Assembly (NCBI GenBank): GCA_964291415.2
Contig: OZ219920.1
Span: 256,001 to 320,000, forward strand
Reading direction: 5' to 3'
Source: Alphaproteobacteria bacterium
GTDB lineage: Bacteria; Pseudomonadota; Alphaproteobacteria; SP197
DNA length: 64,000 nt
Positions 30,986 through 40,047 of the stretch are shown one piece after another. The position numbers were made by a program, and so were the translations under genes. Numbering within the stretch: the first letter of the stretch is position 1; every line of letters starts with the position of its first letter. The notes beneath the pieces are model-generated. The model made no database searches. It saw only the letters and a program-made list of their open reading frames with translations, and was not told the origin of the DNA.

Positions 30986-32305
30986 TTGAGCAATTCGCTG
31001 CTCGAGAGGGACAGGCGGGTTCTCGCCGGAATCGGCAAGCTGAGGACATCGCCGCTCACCATCCGCCATGCCCGTGGCAACCGGCTGATCGAGGAGGATG
31101 GCCGCGAGGTGCTCGACATGTCCGCCACCGCCGGCGCCGCGCTTCTGGGATACGGACACCCCGCAGTCATCGAGGCGACACGCCGTGGCCTCGGCGAGTG
31201 TGCCGGTGCGTCGGCCATGTTCGGCGCATCCGAATCGGCCGTGGCCCTGGCCGAGGATCTTCTCGCCCTCGTGCCGGAGGCCGATGATCACAAGGTCTGG
31301 TTCGGTCACAGTGGATCGGATGCCAACGATACGGTCATGCGGGCCGTGACGGCAGCGACCGGACGACGCCGGTTCATGAGTTTCCATGGCGCCTATCACG
31401 GCGGCATCTCGGGTTCCATGTCCGTGTCCGGCCACCCGTCTCAGCAGCATGCGCTGCCCCGCGCCGGTCTGGTGCAGATCCCCTTTCCCAATCCCTACCG
31501 CCCTCTGGGCGGTGGCGACGCGGCGCGCCATGTTCTCGATCATGTCGATTTCCTGTTTTCCACCGCCATCCGTCCGGACGATGTCGCCGCGCTCTTCATC
31601 GAGCCGTTGCAGTCCGACGGCGGCATGCTCGTTCCGCCTCCGGGCTTCTTCTCGGCCCTCGCCGACCGGTGCCGGGCCGAGGGCATTCTCGTCGTCAGCG
31701 ACGAGGTCAAGGTGGGTCTTGGCCGGCCGGGTTGCTGGCACTGCTACCAGGCGGAAGGGTTCCGGCCCGACATCGTGACCTTCGGCAAGGGTCTGGGGAG
31801 CGGCATTCCCGTCTCGGCCATTGTCGCGCCGCGGAGCGTGATGGATGTGCAGGAAGCCTTCGCCCTCATCACCACCACCGGAAACTCCGTCTCGACGAGC
31901 GTCGCACGCGCCGTTCTCCGGCACATCCGCGACGACGGCCTCGTCGACAACGCAGCCCAACGCGGACGTCAGCTCATGGACGGCCTCGTCGCCATGCAGG
32001 GGCGCCACGAACTCATCGGAGATGTCCGGGGCAGGGGCCTTGCCATCGGCATCGAACTGGTGACGGACCGCCGGACGAAGGAGCCGGCGACCAGGGAGGC
32101 GGCGAAGGTGGTGCTGCGCTGCTACCAGCTCGGCGTCTTCATCACCTATGTCGGCATGGCGTCCAACGTCCCGGAACTGACCCCGCCGCTGACCCTGACC
32201 GCCGACGAGGCCAGTGAGGCCCTCGCCGTGCTCGACCAGGCCATCGGCGATGTCGCGGCCGGGCGTGTCAGCGATGACGAGGTCTCGGCGTTCGCCGGCT
32301 GGTGA
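30986..32305 (+). CDS. Fold-type I PLP enzyme, alpha-amino-epsilon-caprolactam / amino-acid-amide racemase-like
   Basis: TTG start after AGGAGG; KVWFGHSGSDAN, AYHG, EPLQSDGG, DEVKVG (Lys where class III transaminases have Gln/Val/Ile), GKGLG, YVGMASNV, C-terminal FAGW; these match my recollection of Achromobacter obae ACL racemase. Confidence 0.8.
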   Translation: MSNSLLERDRRVLAGIGKLRTSPLTIRHARGNRLIEEDGREVLDMSATAGAALLGYGHPAVIEATRRGLGECAGASAMFGASESAVALAEDLLALVPEADDHKVWFGHSGSDANDTVMRAVTAATGRRRFMSFHGAYHGGISGSMSVSGHPSQQHALPRAGLVQIPFPNPYRPLGGGDAARHVLDHVDFLFSTAIRPDDVAALFIEPLQSDGGMLVPPPGFFSALADRCRAEGILVVSDEVKVGLGRPGCWHCYQAEGFRPDIVTFGKGLGSGIPVSAIVAPRSVMDVQEAFALITTTGNSVSTSVARAVLRHIRDDGLVDNAAQRGRQLMDGLVAMQGRHELIGDVRGRGLAIGIELVTDRRTKEPATREAAKVVLRCYQLGVFITYVGMASNVPELTPPLTLTADEASEALAVLDQAIGDVAAGRVSDDEVSAFAGW

Positions 32306-33084
32306 GAATGCTCCAGGCATCAGACCCGCCGCCGTTCACATGGTTCAACCGGGAGGGCAGGGGGCCCTGTCTCATCGTCTGCGATCACGCCTCCAACACC
32401 ATCCCCCTCGCCCTGGAGAACCTCGGCCTCGACGCGCATCACCTCGAACAGCACATTGCCTGGGATATCGGCGCCGCGTGGATCGCACGGCGACTGGCCA
32501 CGTGCTTCGATGCGCCGCTGCTGCTCGCCGGCTATTCGCGCCTGGTGGCCGACTGCAACCGCTACCCCGACGATCCGGCCGCCATCGTCGAGGTGAGCGA
32601 TACCATCCCGGTCGGCGGCAATCGCGGTCTTGCCAGGGAAGACCGCCAGCGGCGCCTGGAGGCGGTCTGGCATCCCTATCACGATGCCATCGAAGCCGCC
32701 CTCGCAGACTGTGCCTTGCCTCCGGCTTTCATCTCGGTCCACACGATGACACGGTGCATGCGCGGTCACGAACCGCGCCCCGAGGCGTTCACCGTGTGCT
32801 GGAGCCGGGACGACCGCATCGCGACCCCGCTCCTCGAGCGCCTGCGCGCCCGCGGCGATATCGTCGTCGGGGACAACCAGCCCTACGGTCTCGATATCGG
32901 AGAGGACTACACGGTGCCCGAGCACGCGATGCGCCGCGGCCTCGCCCACCTCCAGTTCGAAGTGCGCCAGGACCTCGCCTCAACCCCTGACGATGCGGCA
33001 CGGTGGGCCGACCTCGTCCACGACCTCGCCGCCGATCTCGTGGCCGATGCCAGCCTGCGCCGGGAGCACCACGTCTGGCCCTGA
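32302..33084 (+). CDS. N-formylglutamate amidohydrolase family protein
   Basis: CDHASNTIP, HIAWDIGA, YSRLVADCNR, PYHDAI, GDNQPY, EVRQDL. Confidence 0.9.
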   Translation: MRMLQASDPPPFTWFNREGRGPCLIVCDHASNTIPLALENLGLDAHHLEQHIAWDIGAAWIARRLATCFDAPLLLAGYSRLVADCNRYPDDPAAIVEVSDTIPVGGNRGLAREDRQRRLEAVWHPYHDAIEAALADCALPPAFISVHTMTRCMRGHEPRPEAFTVCWSRDDRIATPLLERLRARGDIVVGDNQPYGLDIGEDYTVPEHAMRRGLAHLQFEVRQDLASTPDDAARWADLVHDLAADLVADASLRREHHVWP

Positions 33085-33131
33085 CGCTTCCCTCCGGCAA
33101 ATGAATGACGCAAGACCCGCCTCTCCCACGT

Positions 33132-33419
33132 TCACAGATGCCTTTCCGCATCCATCTGTTGATGGAGCACACGGATGACAGCGATCCCTTCATCCGTTCG
33201 AACAAAGAAGACGAAGTGTCGTCCGACGGCGTACTTCAAATATCCGTCACGGACGCTGACCGTGCGACCCTGCTTCTTGCCTTGCGCCAGATCCTCACAA
33301 GCGTCGCGGATGCCGTCCGTGTACCGGTCAGCCTGATCGGGATTCCACGTCTCGGCGGTATAGTTCCAGATGCCATCGATATCTGAGATAGCGGCAGGTG
33401 AAAAGGTGGCCCGGTTCAA
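33132..33419 (-). CDS. ParE family toxin
   Basis: FSPAAISDIDGIWNYTAETW...QADRY...GRHFVFF...IRVLHQQMDAERHL. Confidence 0.92.
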   Translation of the reverse strand: MNRATFSPAAISDIDGIWNYTAETWNPDQADRYTDGIRDACEDLAQGKKQGRTVSVRDGYLKYAVGRHFVFFVRTDEGIAVIRVLHQQMDAERHL

Positions 33420-33670
33420 CGTGCTGCTCGACTGAGCTCCGCTCTCTTGCGTTCCTTGAACTCTTCAAAGTCGAATGGCTGCGGCTTTCCCGATTGCTCA
33501 CCCGCGATCAAGGCCTCCTGCAGCGCTTTTACCCTCGTCTCGCGTTCCTCGAGCATGCGAAGGCCCGCCCGCACAACTTCGCTGGCCGACCCGTAGCGGC
33601 CTGACCGCACTTGCGTGTCGATAAAGTCGGCAAAGTGGTCGCCCAGCGACATGGATGTGTTTTTCGCCAT
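33416..33670 (-). CDS. ParD family RHH antitoxin
   Basis: MAKNTSMSLGDHFADFIDTQVRSGRYGSASEVVRAGLRMLEE...ALIAGEQSG. Confidence 0.93.
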   Translation of the reverse strand: MAKNTSMSLGDHFADFIDTQVRSGRYGSASEVVRAGLRMLEERETRVKALQEALIAGEQSGKPQPFDFEEFKERKRAELSRAAR

Positions 33671-33693
33671 GACACACCTCCCGCGAACAGCGT

Positions 33694-33710
33694 ATACCAA
33701 TCCTTGGTAT
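33694..33710. promoter_or_regulatory. Palindromic operator upstream of parD
   Basis: ATACCAA-TCC-TTGGTAT, a perfect 7-bp inverted repeat 23 bp upstream of the antitoxin start. Confidence 0.6.
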
Positions 33711-33865
33711 CTTCAAACATGATTCGGTTGTTCAAGAGCTGAAGCAAGCGAAGGAACGCAGACCATCTTCGCCGGATCCGGTGAGATGGTGCAGCAGTCG
33801 GGGCGTTGCCAAAGGGGAGGTGGCAGGGGAATACTGTCTCCATCACTTGCCAAGCGGAAGATTCC

Positions 33866-34417
33866 ATGTCCCGGAAGGAAGAACGCGATCGGGCGATCGC
33901 CGAAACACTTGAGAAGGTGCGCGCCGTGGAAGGCGTCACGCGCCAGTCGCTGGCGACGATCCGCGATCACATGATTGCCCTGGCACAGCGTCGAGATCTG
34001 TTTCCGGAAGAGGACTTTCCGCTTCCGGCAGATGGGACCGGCGAGGTCTTCGACGTCCTTTCGCGCGACGAAGACGGGCGCCACGAACTCTACATCGAGG
34101 TCGCCAACAAGCATGTCTGGACGCCTCCCCACAACCACACGACATGGGCCGTCGTGGTCGGCATCCAGGGCGTGGAACTCAACCGGATCTGGGAGGGGGC
34201 CGGCGGGCCGGCAGGCGAGGCGCCGCTCAGGCTTGCCCGCGAGGTCGAGGTCCGCAGTGGCGCCGGTGTCTGTCTCATGCCGAACGACTTCCACTCGATT
34301 CACATGGAAGAGGGGGTGCACAACATGCACCTTCATCTCTACGGACTGGGATTTGCCCATCTCAAGGGGCGGCTCATGTTCGATCAGGAAGCCGGCTCGT
34401 ATCGCAGTTTCGACTGA
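33866..34417 (+). CDS. Cysteine/thiol dioxygenase-like cupin
   Basis: PPHNHTTWAVVVG (HxH), ELNRIW, DFHSIH, HLHLYG. Confidence 0.8.
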   Translation: MSRKEERDRAIAETLEKVRAVEGVTRQSLATIRDHMIALAQRRDLFPEEDFPLPADGTGEVFDVLSRDEDGRHELYIEVANKHVWTPPHNHTTWAVVVGIQGVELNRIWEGAGGPAGEAPLRLAREVEVRSGAGVCLMPNDFHSIHMEEGVHNMHLHLYGLGFAHLKGRLMFDQEAGSYRSFD

Positions 34418-34424
34418 AACGATC

Positions 34425-35975
34425 GTGACGGCATCCATCGACAGCACGGAGCTTCGCGAACGGATCATCGCCGGAGGCGAGTTCGCGCTCATCGATGTGC
34501 GCGAATCCGGTTCGTTTTCCCACGGTCATGTTCTGACCGCCTGCAATCTCCCTCTGTCGCGCCTTGAACTCGACGTCGTCACCCTGCTCCCGCGCAAGGC
34601 CACCTTTGTTGTCCTCACCGACGGCGGTGATGGTCTGGCAGGGCGCGCCGGGGGTGTGCTGCAGACCATGGGCTACGGCGACGTTGCCGTCCACGAGGGC
34701 GGGATCGAGGCCTGGCGGTTGGCGGGCGGCGAGGTCTTCGAAGGCATCAACGTTCCATCCAAGGCGTTTGGTGAGTGCGTCGAAAGCGCCTGCGCCACCC
34801 CGGCCCTGGATGCCGCCGAGGTCCATCGCCGGATTGCCGCAGGCGACGACATCATCGTCCTCGACGGACGTCCCTTCAGCGAGTACGCAGACTTCGCCAT
34901 CCCGGGTGCGCTCAGTTGTCCCAACAGTGAACTGGCGCGCCACGTTGCGGATCTCGCGCCTTCGCCCTCGACCACGGTTGTCGTCAACTGTGCGGGAAGG
35001 ACCCGTTCGATCATCGGGGCGCAGACACTGAGGAACACGGGCCTTGCCAATCCCGTCCATGCCCTTGAGAACGGCACCATCGGCTGGGAGTGGGCGGGCC
35101 ATTCACTCGAGTTCGGAGCCAGCCGGCGCCCAGGCGGCACGACGGAGTCATCGCGCGCATGGGGGCTTGAGGCATGCCGGAACATGGCATCGGCGACCGG
35201 GCTGGACGAGATCGATGACGCGACACTCGACGACTGGCTCCAGGATGATTCGAGGACCCTCTACCGGTTCGACGTCCGCTCGCCCGAGGAACACGCGCGG
35301 GGTGTCCTTGCCGGCATGACTGCGATCGAGGGAACGCAGCTGGTCCAGCAGACCGACTCCTGGATTGCAGTGCGCGACGCCCGCATCGTGCTTGGTGACG
35401 ACTGTGGCACCCGATCGAGGTTTGCCGGTCACTGGCTGAGACAGATGGGCTTTCGCGACGTTCATGTGCTGGACACCGACCAGGTGTTGCCGGTCCCGTC
35501 GGCCCCGCCGGATGCACCGATGGTCCATCCCGTCGACGCGACGGCTGACGGATGGACGATTCTCGACCTCTCGTCGTCGCTGCAGTACATGTCATGCCAC
35601 CCTGAGGGGGCTTTGTGGGCCTTGCGGTCCAGGCTGGCGGGGTGTGCGTCGGCGGCGGATCGCGGCCTCGCCGTACTCGATGACGAGGGCGGTCACCTTG
35701 CGGCCCTCGCCGTGGCGGACCTTGCCGGTCTCGGCATCGGGGCTCGTGTCGTGGAAGGCGGTCTCGAGGCCTGGATCGCCGCCGGACTGCCGGTGGCGTC
35801 TGGCTACGAGGGAGCATTGTGCGCCATGGATGACCAGGGCGAGGCGCCGTTCGAGATTTTCGACGATCCCGATGGCGCCAAACGCCGGTACATTGCCTGG
35901 GAGAAGGGTCTCCCGGCCCAGATTGAAAGGGACGGGCTGTTGTCGTTTCGTCCCGTCACCGTCACAACATCATGA
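34425..35975 (+). CDS. Multi-domain (four-repeat) rhodanese-related sulfurtransferase
   Basis: IDVRE..F..GH, GINVPSKAFGE, VVNCAGRTRSIIGAQ (catalytic Cys), LENGTIGW, FDVRSPEE, YIAWEKGL; GTG start inferred. Confidence 0.85.
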   Translation: MTASIDSTELRERIIAGGEFALIDVRESGSFSHGHVLTACNLPLSRLELDVVTLLPRKATFVVLTDGGDGLAGRAGGVLQTMGYGDVAVHEGGIEAWRLAGGEVFEGINVPSKAFGECVESACATPALDAAEVHRRIAAGDDIIVLDGRPFSEYADFAIPGALSCPNSELARHVADLAPSPSTTVVVNCAGRTRSIIGAQTLRNTGLANPVHALENGTIGWEWAGHSLEFGASRRPGGTTESSRAWGLEACRNMASATGLDEIDDATLDDWLQDDSRTLYRFDVRSPEEHARGVLAGMTAIEGTQLVQQTDSWIAVRDARIVLGDDCGTRSRFAGHWLRQMGFRDVHVLDTDQVLPVPSAPPDAPMVHPVDATADGWTILDLSSSLQYMSCHPEGALWALRSRLAGCASAADRGLAVLDDEGGHLAALAVADLAGLGIGARVVEGGLEAWIAAGLPVASGYEGALCAMDDQGEAPFEIFDDPDGAKRRYIAWEKGLPAQIERDGLLSFRPVTVTTS

Positions 35976-35990
35976 AGGAGGACACTGACC

Positions 35991-36772
35991 ATGAGTGATC
36001 TGAGATCTATCCGTTACAGCAACCAGGGCCCTGAAGGTACCGGACTCCAGCCGTGGGATCCCATCCCCAGGGAGTCTCTCATTTCCGGGGATCCCGTGCA
36101 GTCCGGCCATGTCTACCACAGCGACGACACGGGCCAGCTGACCTCCGGAGTCTGGCATTGCACGCCCATGGTGGCGAAGCCGGGGCCCTACGACGTCAAC
36201 GAGTTCATGCTGGTGCTCGATGGCGCCATCACCCTCGTGTACGGCAACGGGAACGAGGAGACATTCAGCGCCGGGGAGTGCTTCGTCATCCCCAAGGGGA
36301 CGCCGCTCTCCTGGAAGCAGACCGGGGACGTCCTCAAGTACTGGGTCATCTTCGAGGACAATTCGGGCGAGGAACTCGAGGCTGCCGAAAGGGTGGCGCG
36401 GCGCATCGATCCCGGCACGGCCTCGAGCCGGTCGGTGAGCAGGACACGTCACGCTACATCGGCGGTGTGCCGGAGCAGGGAATCCGGATTCTGTTCCAGG
36501 ATGCCACCCGCCAGATGGTGTGCGGGGTCTGGCAGACCAGCGAGATGCACACGAAACCGGCGCCGTTTCCGAGAAACGAACTCATGCACATCCTGGAAGG
36601 AGAGGTGACGATCACCGACGGTTCCGGTCATGCCGAGACCTATTCTGCGGGTGACACGTTCATGGTTCCCAAGGGCGCCATCTACCAGTGGGACAGCACG
36701 GGAACCGTCCGCAAGATCTTCTGCATCTTCCAGGCGAGGGAGGTGGCTGCGGTCGAGCAGGCCGCAGAGTAG
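35991..36772 (+). pseudogene. Tandem DUF861/cupin_3 protein, frameshifted near 36420
   Basis: Two repeats, GVWHCTP...EFMLVLDG...FVIPKG and GVWQTSE...ELMHILEG...FMVPKG, in different frames; one missing base in acggcctcgag. Confidence 0.8.
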
Positions 36773-36832
36773 GCTGACAGTCGCCTGACGATTGCCTATT
36801 CTTGCTGCGTTCCAGACCTTGAGGATACAGAC

Positions 36833-37123
36833 ATGGCACAAAGCAAGATTGTGAGTTTTGCCGTGGCGGGCGCCGTCGCCGCGGCGCTCTCGGCCCACAC
36901 CGCCGGGACCGTTCAGGCGGCAGAGGAGAAGTGCTACGGCGTGGCGCTGGCCGGCGAGAACGACTGTGCGGCGGGTGAAGGCACGACCTGTGCAGGCACC
37001 TCCACGGTCGATTACCAGGGCAATGCCTGGTCGCTGGTTCCGGAAGGAACCTGCCTGACCATGGAACTCCCCGGTGATCGCAACGGGTCCCTCGAAGAGC
37101 TCGATCGCGACCTGCCCGGATAA
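36833..37123 (+). CDS. bufA: Bufferin precursor peptide (DUF2282, BufA1-like)
   Basis: Sec signal peptide then [43 protein letters not shown] with four Cys; directly upstream of DUF692. Confidence 0.9.
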   Translation: MAQSKIVSFAVAGAVAAALSAHTAGTVQAAEEKCYGVALAGENDCAAGEGTTCAGTSTVDYQGNAWSLVPEGTCLTMELPGDRNGSLEELDRDLPG

Positions 37124-37132
37124 GTGCGGCGG

Positions 37133-37158
37133 CGACCCCGGCCACCTGGCCGGGGTCG
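37133..37158 (+). terminator. Strong hairpin between precursor and MNIO genes (attenuator or mRNA stabiliser)
   Basis: CGACCCCGGCCA-CC-TGGCCGGGGTCG perfect inverted repeat with no U-tract. Confidence 0.55.
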
Positions 37159-37166
37159 AATCGCGG

Positions 37167-38021
37167 ATGCCCGCGGAAACTCCGGCCCTTCCGCCGGACG
37201 TCGGCGTCGGCTTCAAGCTGCGGCACCTCGAGGACGCCCTGGCAGCGCCCGGACCGGTGACGTGGCTGGAGGTCCACGCGGAAAACTACATGGTCGATGG
37301 CGGACCGAGGATGGCTGCGCTGCGGCGCGTCGCCGAACGGTTCGCCATTTCCTGTCACGGAGTGGGCCTTTCCATCGGCTCAGACGAGCCGCTTGACCGC
37401 GAGCATCTCGATCGTCTCGCCGGTCTCGTGAATCGGTTCGCGCCGGCCATGGTGTCGGAACACCTGGCCTGGTCGCGGCACGGTCATCACTGTTTCAACG
37501 ACCTTCTTCCCGTGGCGTACGACGAGGTCGCCCTGAACCGGGTGTGCGGCCACGTCGACGAGGTGCAGGAGCGCCTCGGCCGGCGAATCCTCATCGAGAA
37601 CCCGGCGAACTACCTCATCTGGGCCAGCAGCACCCTGGAAGAGACCGCATTCCTGGAGGAGATGGCCAGACGCACCGGGTGCGGTCTCCTCCTCGATCTC
37701 AACAACGTCCATGTCTCGGCCGTCAACCTGGGATTCGATGCGCGCGACTGGCTGGAGTCCTTCCCGCTCTCCGCCGCCGCCGAGATCCACCTTGCCGGTC
37801 ACCACGAAGACCGGGACGACGACGGTTCGCGGTTGCTCATCGATTCCCATGGTGCTGCAGTCGTGGATGACGTGCTGGCGCTCTACGGCGACGTCTGTGC
37901 GCGTACCGGTCCCCTGCCGACTCTCATCGAATGGGACAGCGACGTTCCGCCATGGTCCACACTGGTCGCCGAGGCCAGCCGTGCCGGCGCCATCCTCGAG
38001 GCGGCGCGTCGACATGACTGA
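37167..38021 (+). CDS. bufB: Multinuclear non-heme iron oxidase (DUF692, BufB-like)
   Basis: WLEVHAENYM, HGVGLSIG, SEHLAWS, NDLLP, ILIENP, LLLDLNNVHVS, EIHLAGH, IDSHG, LIEWD. Confidence 0.93.
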   Translation: MPAETPALPPDVGVGFKLRHLEDALAAPGPVTWLEVHAENYMVDGGPRMAALRRVAERFAISCHGVGLSIGSDEPLDREHLDRLAGLVNRFAPAMVSEHLAWSRHGHHCFNDLLPVAYDEVALNRVCGHVDEVQERLGRRILIENPANYLIWASSTLEETAFLEEMARRTGCGLLLDLNNVHVSAVNLGFDARDWLESFPLSAAAEIHLAGHHEDRDDDGSRLLIDSHGAAVVDDVLALYGDVCARTGPLPTLIEWDSDVPPWSTLVAEASRAGAILEAARRHD

Positions 38022-38790
38022 CAGTCAGGGCGTGTTCGCGAAGGCGCTTCTCGATCCCTCGGCGCGGATTCCGGAGGGCCTGCGGCGCCCCGACGGCGCG
38101 CCGGCTGCCCGGCGCTTCGACATCTACCGCAACAATGTCGTCGCCTCTCTCGTCGATGCGCTGGCCGATTCCTTCGGTGTCACCCATTCCATTGTCGGCA
38201 GGGCGTTCTTCCGCGCCATGGCGGGAGAGTTTGTCCGAGCCCATCCTCCGCGCACGCCCTGCGTGATCGACTACGGAGACTGTTTCCCCGATTTCATCGA
38301 CGGCTTTGACCCGGCCGGCGGATTGCCCTACCTGGGCGACGTGGCGCGTCTCGAGGTGGCGCGCCGACGATCCTACCACGCCGCGGACGACGGCATCGCC
38401 GATCCCGGCTGTCTCGCCGGCCTCGACGAGGAAGCGCTGCTCGGAACCCGCATGAAGTTCAGGGCGTCCACGGCCATCGTGCGGTCGTCACACCCCTTGT
38501 GGTCCATCTGGCGTCACAACACGACGGACGAGTCATCGCCCGTTCCGGTCCGCTCCGAGGACGTCCTGGTGTCACGGCCCGCTGACAGCGTCCTTCTTCA
38601 CAGGCTGCCGCCAGGGAGCGCCGATCTTCTCGAGAGTCTCTCGAGAGGCGACTCCCTGGGAGACGCTGTCCGCACGTGCGAAGGCGTCGTCGACCTCGCC
38701 GCCAGTCTCACCGTCGTCCTCGATGCCCGCGCCATCAAAGAGATTGCTCCTCCTGGTTCTGCGCCGGAATCTGTTGGCCGATCCACCTGA
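38014..38790 (+). CDS. bufC: DUF2063 RRE-type partner protein (BufC-like)
   Basis: RRFDIYRNNVVASLVDAL, FFRAMAGEFV, PYLGDVARLE, YHAAD; overlaps the bufB stop. Confidence 0.9.
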   Translation: MTDSQGVFAKALLDPSARIPEGLRRPDGAPAARRFDIYRNNVVASLVDALADSFGVTHSIVGRAFFRAMAGEFVRAHPPRTPCVIDYGDCFPDFIDGFDPAGGLPYLGDVARLEVARRRSYHAADDGIADPGCLAGLDEEALLGTRMKFRASTAIVRSSHPLWSIWRHNTTDESSPVPVRSEDVLVSRPADSVLLHRLPPGSADLLESLSRGDSLGDAVRTCEGVVDLAASLTVVLDARAIKEIAPPGSAPESVGRST

Positions 38791-38910
38791 GCGCGCGGAC
38801 CGAGCGAAGAACCAGGATGTGGGTTCCCGGGCGCCAACGCGCGGCAACACGATCGCTGATCTTCCGTCTCCGCCCGGTGACAAAGTCCTCGTTGCTCGAT
38901 TCACGTCGGT

Positions 38911-38961
38911 TTGCAGTCAGTCCACAAATGTACTATTCTGTCCATAGGAACCATTTGTGGA
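38911..38961 (+). promoter_or_regulatory. sigma70-like promoter with operator inverted repeat for the Xre/RES module
   Basis: TTGCAG-N17-TATTCT; TCCACAAATG (38921-38930) and CATTTGTGGA (38952-38961) form a perfect 10-bp inverted repeat around the -10 box. Confidence 0.6.
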
Positions 38962-38968
38962 GTCGACC

Positions 38969-39373
38969 ATGGTTGAACAGGCACGTCCGGCAACCGCGTT
39001 GGACCGGAGGAGTCTCTCTGGACCGGCGTTGCGCACGTTCTTTCGCATCGCGGTTCTCTGGGGCCTTTCGGTCGAGGAACAGATGACTCTGCTTGGACTG
39101 ACGGCTCGATCGACTTTCTTCAAGTGGAAAAAGGAACCGAACACCGTTCTGCCAAAGGATACGCTGGAGCGCGTGTCCTACATTCTCGGCATCTACAAGG
39201 CACTTCAGCTTCTGCTTCCCGACGAACAGGCGGCCGATGAATGGGTGAGACGTCCGAACGCAGCGCCGCTGTTCGCCGGTCAGTCGGCACTCGAGCGCAT
39301 GCTCTCCGGCCAGGTCGCAGATCTCTTCGTCGTGCGGCAGTACCTCGACGCACAACGGGGTGGCTGGGCATGA
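38969..39373 (+). CDS. Xre/MbcA/ParS family antitoxin
   Basis: GPALRTFFRIAVLWGLS.EEQMTLLG, TLERVSYILGIYKALQLL, WVRRPN, VRQYLDAQRGG. Confidence 0.92.
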   Translation: MVEQARPATALDRRSLSGPALRTFFRIAVLWGLSVEEQMTLLGLTARSTFFKWKKEPNTVLPKDTLERVSYILGIYKALQLLLPDEQAADEWVRRPNAAPLFAGQSALERMLSGQVADLFVVRQYLDAQRGGWA

Positions 39374-40047
39374 CGCTGCCGGTTGTCCAGGTCCAGTGGA
39401 AGCCATGCTGGCGGATCATCCCCAGCCGTTTTCCCCCAATTCAGCTCTTCGAGCGGGTGACCGATCCGGTCGATCTCGAAGCAGTCTTCGAGTTGGAGGC
39501 GTTGACCAATCCCCGGCTTCGCGACGAGGCTGGCGATATTCGGCTTGTGCCGCCGGAAGATCGCATCAGTGGACCCGGGACCACCGTCATCATGGCAGCC
39601 TTCACCCATCTGAGCCCCGACGGCAGCTGGTTCTCGGATGGCACGTACGGTGTCTTCTATGCCGCGAGAGACCTCGTCACGGCCATTTCCGAGACCAAGC
39701 ACCATCGCGAGCGGTTCCTGAGTGCCACGGCCCAGGCGCACATGGAACTGGACATGCGGGTCTATCGGGTTGACCTCGACGGAAACCTGCATGACCTGCG
39801 TGGCCTGAAGGAGGCAGAGCCGCTCGTCTACCACAGAGACAGTTACGTCGCGGGCCAGCACCTGGCGAGAACGCTTCGCAAGACCGGGTCGAACGGTATC
39901 GCCTATGACAGCGTTCGTCGGACGGACGGCCAATGTGTCGCCGTGTTCCGACCGCCACTTCTCTCCAACGCCCGCCAGGAGCGGCATCTCTGCTACGTGT
40001 GGAACGGCCACGCGGTTGAAACCGTTTACGAGAAGCGCGAAATCTGA
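39370..40047 (+). CDS. RES-domain toxin (NAD+ phosphorylase family)
   Basis: RIIPSRFPPI, LTNPRLRDE, FSDGTYGVFYAA, ET.HHRERFL, GIAYDSVR; ATGA-coupled to the antitoxin. Confidence 0.92.
   Translation: MTLPVVQVQWKPCWRIIPSRFPPIQLFERVTDPVDLEAVFELEALTNPRLRDEAGDIRLVPPEDRISGPGTTVIMAAFTHLSPDGSWFSDGTYGVFYAARDLVTAISETKHHRERFLSATAQAHMELDMRVYRVDLDGNLHDLRGLKEAEPLVYHRDSYVAGQHLARTLRKTGSNGIAYDSVRRTDGQCVAVFRPPLLSNARQERHLCYVWNGHAVETVYEKREI

Noticed and set aside
33975-34424. N-terminal extension of the rhodanese ORF
   Set aside because: It overlaps the thiol-dioxygenase-like gene out of frame; rhodanese similarity begins near 34425
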